A stretch of DNA of 64,000 nucleotides from IMG/VR virus record IMGVR_UViG_3300025687_000001, positions 64,001 to 128,000 of that record. The stretch is one strand, 5' to 3'. Positions 28,766-37,300 of this stretch are shown here, piece by piece. The notes under the pieces were generated by a model. That model was not told the origin of the DNA and searched no databases. It worked only from the letters and a program-made list of their open reading frames with translations. The position numbers and the translations under genes are program-made. This DNA comes from a virus. Every line of letters begins with the position of its first letter. Position 1 is the stretch's first letter.

Positions 28766-29110
28766 ATGACTTTCGACGAATACCAGGAGGTAGCCAGCAC
28801 CACCGCTCGCTACCCAGGCCGCCTTCAGCACAACCCCACCTACCCTGTTCTCGGTCTAAACGGCGAAGCTGGGGAAGTGGCGGAGAAGTTGAAGAAGTTG
28901 TTCCGTGACACGAACTGGACTCCGGGCACCCCGATACCTCACGACGTAAGGGACCTGCTCATCAAAGAGCTGGGAGACGTACTGTGGTACCTCTCCGCCT
29001 GCTGCGACGAGATCGCTGTTACTTTAGATGAAGTGGCGCACGTCAACATCCAGAAGCTCCTCTCCAGGAAGCAACGCGGCGTCATCGGAGGCAGCGGCGA
29101 CAACCGCTAA
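28766..29110 (+). CDS. MazG-like NTP pyrophosphohydrolase
   Basis: LGLNGEAGEVAEKLKK..KELGDVLWY..NIQKL. Confidence 0.9.
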   Translation: MTFDEYQEVASTTARYPGRLQHNPTYPVLGLNGEAGEVAEKLKKLFRDTNWTPGTPIPHDVRDLLIKELGDVLWYLSACCDEIAVTLDEVAHVNIQKLLSRKQRGVIGGSGDNR

Positions 29111-29114
29111 CCCT

Positions 29115-29185
29115 AGGGGCGTCGTCTAACGGTAGGACGCAAGGTTTTGGTCCTTGTTACGTGGGTTCGAATCCTACCGCCCCTG
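29115..29185 (+). tRNA. tRNA-Gln(TTG)
   Basis: CAAGG-TTTTGGT-CCTTG. Confidence 0.92.
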
Positions 29186-29186
29186 C

Positions 29187-29260
29187 CCTCACGTAGCTCA
29201 GCTGGATAGAGCGACGGCCTTCTAAGCCGTGGGTCCCAAGTTCGAATCTTGGCGTGAGGA
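29187..29260 (+). tRNA. tRNA-Arg(TCT)
   Basis: ACGGC-CTTCTAA-GCCGT. Confidence 0.92.
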
Positions 29261-29268
29261 CTAGCCAA

Positions 29269-29341
29269 TCCGCCTTAGCTCAGTTGGTAGAGCAATCGGC
29301 TGTTAACCGATTTGTCGCTGGTTCGAGCCCAGCAGGCGGAG
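29269..29341 (+). tRNA. tRNA-Asn(GTT)
   Basis: ATCGG-CTGTTAA-CCGAT. Confidence 0.93.
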
Positions 29342-29350
29342 CATTCTTTA

Positions 29351-29423
29351 GGGCCTATAGCTCAGTGGTGAGAGCGGCCGGCTCATAACCGGTTGGTCCC
29401 AGGTTCAAGTCCTGGTGGGCCCA
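29351..29423 (+). tRNA. tRNA with CAT anticodon, probably Ile2
   Basis: GCCGG-CTCATAA-CCGGT; GGGCCTA acceptor typical of tRNA-Ile. Confidence 0.85.
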
Positions 29424-29435
29424 AGTAAAAACACC

Positions 29436-30209
29436 ATGGGATACGACATGAGCTTGGTAAACCCGAGCGAAGAACTTCTTCGACTCGAGCAGGACAGCAA
29501 GCGCGAATTCCAAGCGCTGGTAGCCGCCCGAGATATCCTAAAGACCCCAGAAACTAAAGCCATTTTCCAGGACGCTATGGACTACTGGAACAACTGCTAC
29601 TGGGGCACTAAGCGCGGCAACCCCGCGCCTGTAAAGCCGGACTACGCTGACACTGCTAGCACTGAACTCTTTGAAAAGGTCTTAGCTGCGCAAGAAGCGG
29701 TCATCGCGCACAGTAACAAGGGCACGCGCGATCCTACCTACTTCCGCCTGAACGTCTGGGGGATGGGTAAGTACCGCGATGTGATGGAAAAGCTAGGGAT
29801 GATGTACTTAGGCCGGTACACGACACCCAGCTTCGCCGCGTACCCCGGTGACGAGCACTTCGCTGGAGACTACACTGAACCCATCACCGACGAAGGCCGT
29901 AAGTGGCGCGAACACCAGGACATGTGTCTGCACTACAGTCCCCCGGAAGCTGAGGGCCTATTGCCCGGCCACAAGTTTGGCTCCAATGACGGATGGCACG
30001 TCACTACCGACGAGTGCGCTGCTGCGCTGAGGGTTGCCGCGGCACACGGGTGGGACGCAGACAATCCTCCCAGCGAAGAGATGAAAAAGGTGTCTGGCCC
30101 CTTCAACGAGATGGGCGTTCCCGACGCTGATGAGAACACCTACTGGTGGGCGTGGTTGGGCTTCCTGAAGAACGCGCGTGACAACGCGGAAGGGTTTCAG
30201 GTTTACTGA
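29436..30209 (+). CDS. hypothetical phage protein
   Basis: ATG at 29436 (MGYDM) after the tRNA. Confidence 0.65.
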   Translation: MGYDMSLVNPSEELLRLEQDSKREFQALVAARDILKTPETKAIFQDAMDYWNNCYWGTKRGNPAPVKPDYADTASTELFEKVLAAQEAVIAHSNKGTRDPTYFRLNVWGMGKYRDVMEKLGMMYLGRYTTPSFAAYPGDEHFAGDYTEPITDEGRKWREHQDMCLHYSPPEAEGLLPGHKFGSNDGWHVTTDECAAALRVAAAHGWDADNPPSEEMKKVSGPFNEMGVPDADENTYWWAWLGFLKNARDNAEGFQVY

Positions 30210-30307
30210 GCCCTGAACGGTTCGCATCCTACGGGGGACCTGGCGGTGATACCTCGTAGTTGGTCGGGGTAACCCAGCATCGTCTGGGCTATAACCGCCA
30301 TCCCTTT

Positions 30308-30383
30308 GGGGCATTAGCTCAGTTGGTAGAGCAATTGACTTTTAATCTCTTGGTCCAGGGTTCGAGTCCCTGATGCCCCACCA
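30308..30383 (+). tRNA. tRNA-Lys(TTT)
   Basis: Canonical D and T arms, encoded CCA; anticodon stem has two mismatches. Confidence 0.85.
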
Positions 30384-30422
30384 AGAAAACGCGTTACAAG
30401 CGCAACAAGTTCGTCTAAGATT

Positions 30423-30432
30423 CTGGCATAAG
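30423..30432 (+). promoter_or_regulatory. promoter motif CTGGCATAAG
   Basis: Upstream of tRNA-Thr. Confidence 0.55.
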
Positions 30433-30457
30433 TAGGTGTCCTAGGACTCTTGCTTAT

Positions 30458-30530
30458 GCTGGGATAGCTCAGTTGGTAGAGCAGCTGATTTGTAATCAGC
30501 CGGTCGTCAGTTCAAGTCTGACTCTCAGCT
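30458..30530 (+). tRNA. tRNA-Thr(TGT)
   Basis: GCTGA-TTTGTAA-TCAGC. Confidence 0.93.
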
Positions 30531-30644
30531 CTCAACCCCACAACTACGTCCCCTCCCCCGAAGAGCACGGCCAGCCACCGGGGGGCGTAATAGGGTTAAG
30601 GTGGCTTACGAAACCCACAGCTAGGGTAGTCGTGCAGGCTGACT

Positions 30645-30686
30645 GGGGGCGGTTAACTGTGGTGGGTTAACCGCCCCCTTCTTTTT
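30645..30686 (+). terminator. intrinsic terminator
   Basis: 13-bp stem GGGGGCGGTTAAC/GTTAACCGCCCCC plus TTCTTTTT at a convergent junction. Confidence 0.8.
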
Positions 30687-31080
30687 AGCCCGTAAAGAGG
30701 CCCTTGAGGTGGTCCATGCGGGACATCTCCGGCTGGCCGCCCATGGCAGCGCCCGCGCCCATAAGGCCCGCACCACCCAGCGCAGCAGCGCCGCCTAGCG
30801 CTCCAGCCTGCCAGGGGTTGGCCCTGGCCGCCTGCCACATGTCCTTACCAACACCCGCCAGGTAATCACCATGCCCCATGTTCTGCATGGCCTCCGCGCC
30901 CCCAGCCAGGTGCTGCGTCAGCTTCCGCTGATCCCGGAAAGTCGACATGGGCTTCCCCGCCCAATCTTTGATCGACTTACCCATCCCCGCCCAGTTGATG
31001 GCGATCTTCTCCTGCCCCTCAGCAAGGCCAAAATCAATCAGAGCCTGGGCGCACCCAGCGTCATACGCTTCCTTGAACAT
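30685..31080 (-). CDS. putative internal head protein with Gly-zipper
   Basis: KEAYxxG leader, EKIA motif, GALGGAAALGGAG segment. Confidence 0.55.
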   Translation of the reverse strand: MFKEAYDAGCAQALIDFGLAEGQEKIAINWAGMGKSIKDWAGKPMSTFRDQRKLTQHLAGGAEAMQNMGHGDYLAGVGKDMWQAARANPWQAGALGGAAALGGAGLMGAGAAMGGQPEMSRMDHLKGLFTG

Positions 31081-31312
31081 CCTCTACACCTTTCCAAGAG
31101 CTGCACTTGTAAATACCGCTAGCAGCGAAATCATAGCGCACGCAGTAGCCCTGGACACCTGCTCTTACGTCAAAATGTTTGCAGGACATGCAACTCTGCG
31201 CCGGGTCGGGAGCGGGTCCGTAGTTAGGAGCGTCCACCATGGAGCTGGTTTTCTCGATGTACTCGAGTAGAGCTCTGGCTGCTCCGCGGCCGTAGGCTTC
31301 TTTGATGCTCAT
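31061..31312 (-). CDS. HiPIP-like 4-Cys protein
   Basis: APNY..CMSCKHF..C..CSSW. Confidence 0.6.
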   Translation of the reverse strand: MSIKEAYGRGAARALLEYIEKTSSMVDAPNYGPAPDPAQSCMSCKHFDVRAGVQGYCVRYDFAASGIYKCSSWKGVEDVQGSV

Positions 31313-34300
31313 GATAACAGCTCCTTGAGCTCGTCTACTGCAGTGAGTTCTTTGTCTGCGGTGAGGCCATGCCCTGCAAGCCCGATACCCCCAGCGGTGA
31401 GTAGGGTCCCGAGGCCCTTTGGCATTCTACCAAGGTAGTCAACTAGCGCAGACAGCTGCCGCGGAGTCACATTTCGTGTCTGCTTCAGAGCCTCCAGTAG
31501 ACCCTCGGTCTTACGAACCTTATTCAGAGCACTCATACCTTCACGAGTCTCTCGACCTAGCACCCTCCGCGCATAGTCAGCGTTAGGAACCACATCTTTA
31601 GGCTGTGCAAGGTACTCTCGGATGACCTCCGGCAGATCTCTGCGGAGAGCCTTACCCTGCTCATTGTTTAAAATGAGGTTGGCTCCGCCTTGCGTAAACG
31701 GAAGAGACGCCATCCCCGCTAGCCCCAGCCCGCCAGCAACTTCGGGCAGAGAGACGTCCTCCGGGTTAATCTTGCTCGCACCATACACAGCACCGGCGCC
31801 CCCTGCCGCAGCTGCCCCTCGCAGTAGGTTGGGTGCGTGCTTTAGCCACTTTTGGCGACGAGCCTGCCTAGCTAGTAGCTTATCCGCCGACGCCTCAGCG
31901 GCTTCCTGGCTTAAGCCTTTCTCCAGTTCTCGGTCAATAGCGATCTCTCGCAAAGCCTCTTGGCTGGGACGGTACTCAGTAATGGTCTCGTACATATCGT
32001 CCGAGCCAATATCTGACGGGAGGATGGTACCAATAGACTTGCGCTGTCGGGTCGCAGAATCTCGGTCCATCAATCCACCCGGGGCCGTGGTGCAGATACC
32101 CCCTTCACAATTAGCCTCTCGGGCTGCCTGCGCCAACGTCTGATTACTGCGCCCTGTAAGCTTACCGTAAACCTTAGCTACAGGGTCAGGTACAAAAACT
32201 TCCCGCAGCCCAGCACGGATAGCCTTGGGGTTGTTGTAGTGCAGCGCACGTCCTTCTTCATCCGTGAGGGCGTTCATGAATGCTTTTTGATCCGGCGCCA
32301 ATCGGTCCGAGAATCCTTTGCGCGCCTCAGCCGCTCCCCCAGTCCGGTCTTTGCGTCGCAAGATGCGAACGTTGCGATCCGGGCTCATGCCGGACTCGGA
32401 CATCCGACTGATAAGATTCTCCCGCCCCTCTAACGTGTCAATGGCGTTATACCGATCGTACATGAGGTTAGAGTGGATAAAGTCGGACCCACCCATAAAC
32501 CCCTTCATCATGTCCTGCTTGTTCCCCGATAGCCCGGGCCCAGAAAGGACAACGTCCCCGGGCGGCAGTTGCCGAATGAAGGCATCCCAGTTTTCAGTAG
32601 TACTGCCGGGTGTGTGAAGGGGCGCACGCTTATTAGTGATTGCAGCTAGAGCCGGCATCCCTGCTGCCGCAGCCATCAGGCTGTTGCGGATAGCGTGAGA
32701 CTCTTCGTCCTCCGAAGTCTTCTCTCGGTCAGCCACTAACCCGTGCAGCCCAAGTCCCGCGCCTCCCGCCATGAGTGCAGCACCCGGCTTCTTCAGATGC
32801 TTAGCTACGTCTAGTAGGTACGTACTGTACGCTGGGGCGATACGCTTAGCCCCTCGTAGCGTCTCAGCTAGCCCTCGGTGCTTTTTTAGGTCCTGTAGCG
32901 CGTAGGCGTTAGCCATGGTCTCGTCACGCAGAACCCGAAGCGCTCCCTTGAGAGTGTCCCTCTTAGGCGCTGCGTTCATGTCCGTGCGGATAGCCGCCCG
33001 AATCTGATCATCCAGCGTTAGAGCCCCAGACCTGCGGGCTCGATTTTCAAAATCTCGAGCGTGTCCTAGCTCGTGCGCCAGGAACTCCGGGGTGTGCGCC
33101 TGCACTGCCTGCCTACGCGAGTAGTCGTAAGTCGGAGACTCAACCCCCCGGTTCATGGGATGGTTGCGATCTGCCGTAACCCCGAATCCCCCTTCGGGGC
33201 TCACATGTACCAGCCCTCTATCGTTGATGATCTTGCGACCGAAGTCCTGCATGTCAGCTTCGACCTTGGCCTTAGCCTGATCTAAGCTGAACCCTTCGGC
33301 CATGATGTCCCGAAGGCGCTTATCGCCGTACTCATTGATCTGCTTGCGGTAGTTGTTTACCGCAGCCATGCTGAGTGGCTTGTGAAGGAAGGGCACGGCC
33401 CCTGCTGCGCCTAACCCAAGCCCTGCAGCTACCTCGGGTACAGAGACGTCTTCCGGGTTTACCTTGGACAGGCCGTAAATAGCTCCAGCACCGCCCAGAC
33501 CGATGGCTCCGCGAGCGATGTTAGGCGCGTGCCGCAGCAACTTGTCTCGTCGCAGCGCAGATCGCTGCTGCTTTGCTACCTCAGCAATCGCGTCTTCTGT
33601 GGACATGCCGGCTGCGCGCAAATCACGAACAGCACGCGCCTTAGCTTCCTCTGGGTCTGGCGTGTACTCGAGCACCGTCTCCAGGCTGGGGTCGCTGGCA
33701 ATGTCTCTAGGCAACAGGGAGCTGAGGCTCTTGTTCTGCCGAGCCTTGGACGCCGGGTCCATAGTCCCACCAGGAAGAACTGTGCAAACCCCCCCGGCGC
33801 ACCGAACCTCCTCGCCTAGTTGACTAGGAGTCTTAGGCTGCTTGTTGGTAAGCTTCCCCCACAGCTTAGCAACGGGGTCTGGCACCAAGATTTCTCGCAG
33901 CCCACTCTTGACAGACTTGCCTACGCTGTACGTCGGAGCATCTCCGTGCTGGCCGTACATAGACTGTAGGAACTTAGCTCGGTCCTGCTCCCCTGTCAGG
34001 GACGCCATGGCCGGGTCTTTGTGCCGTAGGATCCGCACTCGGCGCTCAGGATTGATACCCGCGTCACCTATGTCACTCATGACATGGCGTCGATCTGGCG
34101 CAATGTCCAGAACCTTGCCGGGTCCCCACCCCACGTTAGCGTGGGTATAGTCAGCAGACCCTTGAGTCGCCGCCACTAGATTGCGGATAGGGTCACCTTT
34201 GTCAGACCCCGAGAGGACGATATCGCCTGGCTTCAAGTTAGCCGTTATGTAGTCAAAGTTGTGGGTGCTGGTACCCGGCGTGTGCAGCGGAGCCCGACGA

Positions 34301-37300
34301 TTAGTAAGCGCAGTAACCGCAGGCACCCCCGCCGCTACCCCCATGAGGGAGTTGCGTAGCGCGTGGGACTCCTCATCTTGCTGCCAGGGCAAGGCAGCAC
34401 CCGTCTTCTCCCCCTCGCGACCTTTGCTGTACTGAACCCCTGCTCCGATGCCACCAATGCCCGCGCCGATACCTAGTTGCGCCAAGAAGGTGTTATACCC
34501 AGACTGCGCTGCGGGCTGCATAGCCCTAGCCACTTCAGGTGGGAGGTGCCCTTTGTCTAACTGCTGAAGAGGAGTCAAGGCGGACATGTCCCCCGCCTCA
34601 ATAGCCTCCCGGACTTTCCTTGAGGCACTGGGAGTACCGAGGTTTCCGCCAGTCTCCATCACAGTAGACACTGGCGTCTGCCCAGTAATGAACTCCAGAG
34701 AGTCCTTCTCCGGCCGTGTAAGCTTACGACTGTAGCCTTTAGGAGCGCGAGCTGCTTCATCCAACAGCTTAGTAGCCCGTCTCCCATGATAAACTCCTCG
34801 GAAGGGCATAGCAGCGCCCTCCAGGAAACCGCGCCCGAGACCCCGCCAACCCCCCTTAGCTCCACCCTTGAAACCCTCGATGAGCCCAGTCACCATGCTA
34901 GGGACCAACAACCCGCCTCCCGCTAATCCTCCAGCAATGCCCACGCCCTGCTTGAGGTTATGCTCTCCCTCAGAGATACCTGCCCGCTGGTTACGTGCCC
35001 CATACTCAGACGTCCAGACGCCAAAGGGGCCCAGACCCGCAGCAAAGTCCTGTCCTAGATTGGTAGGCTTCTCGGACTTCCAGAACGCACTCGTCTTTAC
35101 GCGCGTAAGCAGCCACTTCCCGTCCTTCGTACGCAGCAGCCGCATCTTTCCCTGGTCAGGCACATCGAACTCCACTTTACCTGGCGCAGACGACACCATA
35201 GTGTCCGCGTCAAGTATAGCGTCAACCTTGCCTGCCCCGTACGTTCCCTCCGGGATTTCCCCCGACCACCCCGCGTAGTCCGCTGTGTGGGTAGGCTGAA
35301 GCAAAGCAAGCAGCTTCTGTCGCTTCTCGTCGGGCCACTGAGCTCGAGGCACCGCCCAAGAGTGAGCACGGCTGGTCTCCGGATCAACCAGGCGAAGGTC
35401 CCAGTGCTTTCCCGCGCGGTTTGCGTTGTGGAGCTGGGTGGTTAGGCGCCAGTTGGCGTCTTGGACCTCTGGGATTGGGTGGATTTGGCGGGAGGCGGGG
35501 ATGCCTGGGGCGAATTCTTCGGAGGACTGCTTCTTCCGAAACCAATTGCCCCCACCCCACCGATCTTCATAGTCGCCCTCCTCGAAACCCGCTGCAAGGA
35601 ACGCCTTCCGAGAAGGCTCGTTGCTCGTCTCAATGAACGCAATGCCGTCCCCATGTTTTGCGACGTGCTCCCGGATGGCCTGCGCGGCCAAGCCCTTCCC
35701 TCGGTGCTCCGGCTGAACGTAGATGGCGCCCACCCGGTGCATCCCCGAACCCCTGGACTGGCGCGGAGTGTGGAACCCCACGATCTCACCATCGACTGTG
35801 ATTGGAACCCGAACTCTATCCTTGTCCCTGGGGCGTACGTACCCGCGTAGATAAGGCTCCTGATTAGCCTCGAGGAGGAGTTTGTAAGGGATACCGGGGG
35901 CGAATTCCCCCTGCGGTAACCCTGCCTCCTCCGAGAACTTCTTCAGCTCAGACCTAGCCCATGGTGATTCGACTACGTCGTAGTGTCCGCGAAGCTTATC
36001 CGCCAGGGTGGTCTTACCAGCGGCCACGTCCCCCATGAGGAAGTTGATCTCGGAGGTCTTAGTCCGGAGAAGCTCCGCAAAAGGGGCTCCACCAACAGTT
36101 CGTACCGCGAAGGCAGGGTTGCCCTGAACATCCCTAGCGGGGCGAACTCGGTACTCCCCCAAAGGGGCCTCTAGCTCCCGTCTGAATAGAGGCACCTCAT
36201 ACGTAGGGTTCCTAGTGCTAACAACGCTAGTAGGGTCCGCCGTCCTGTTTGAGTCGCGGACAAACCTTTCGTAATAGGGTCGATCCCATAAATCAGAGGC
36301 CTTGGTTACTGCGTGACTGTGCACCTCCGGGTAACTACCCGCCGCACCAGACCTGGAATACGCAAACAACTTACCATCTACAGGTGCCCAGGATGGCTCC
36401 CCCACAATTCCAGTGGCATACCCCGCCGCTACGTCCGGGTGTCGAGTAGTGAAGACCAACTTACCGCCCTCTTCCGGCAGAGCATTGCCCCTGAAGAGCA
36501 CGTCAGTAGGGCTGCTAGGGTTAGCTAAGATCTCAGCGGACCCTGTACTGGGCAGCAACACCTCGTCCGCTGCCGGCAAGTGCTTCCCCTTAGCTCGCTC
36601 CCGAATAGAGTCAGTAGCTGCCGCTATGTCCCTACGCACTTGATAGGCAGGCTTGCTTCCACTCCATGCATGCGCGCGATAAAGCTCTCTTGCGGCAGAG
36701 TCAGCTCTGGCACCTACCCGCCTGCGTTGCGCGTTACCCTCGATTAGCTCGTCTACAACATCCCCGGCCCCCCGGCCCGGCTTACCGCTCTCTGGAACAC
36801 CAAACCGCCTTTCTAGCGCGCCATACCAGTCCTTGCGCTCCTGCCTAGTAGTAGGGTTCAACAAGTCCGCTATAGCGGCGTTGGACTTAGGCCCCACATC
36901 AGGCCCAGCCGCATGGAGGCGCTTGATCTCCTTAGTAATCCCCGGTCGGACCTCTTCTAATAGAGCTAGTGCTTGTCTGGTGCTTGCTCGCGCAGCGTAC
37001 TTGCTAATAGGAGCCGAGGAGCTCTTCTTAAACTCCCTCCACCTCTCCAACTCCTCCCTCAAACTCTCCGGCACCCCGCCCTCACGCCCAATACGCGCGT
37101 AGATCTCATCCAGGTCAGTAATGCTCGGCTCGCCCTCACGGTGAAGGCCGTACCTATTGAACGTGTAGCCCTTCTCTTTAGCTAGGCGCTTGTCGTGGAT
37201 GATGCCCTTGCCCCGAAGCCACTGAGCTAGCGCGGGCTCGAAGTGTTCCTCAGTGGTCTTGAAGACATCTACGCCAGGCTGCTTGGGCAGGTCAGTGACC

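Noticed and set aside
28231-28831. ORFs overlapping tRNA-Ala, tRNA-Met and the structured RNA
   Set aside because: They overlap RNA genes and have no RBS or protein-like features.
30239-30300. 5S rRNA-like start CCTGGCGGTGATA
   Set aside because: Too short and lacks the conserved CCGAAC loop.
30531-30645. tmRNA or HDV-like ribozyme after tRNA-Thr
   Set aside because: Some stems exist, but no tag frame, T arm or nested double pseudoknot could be assembled.
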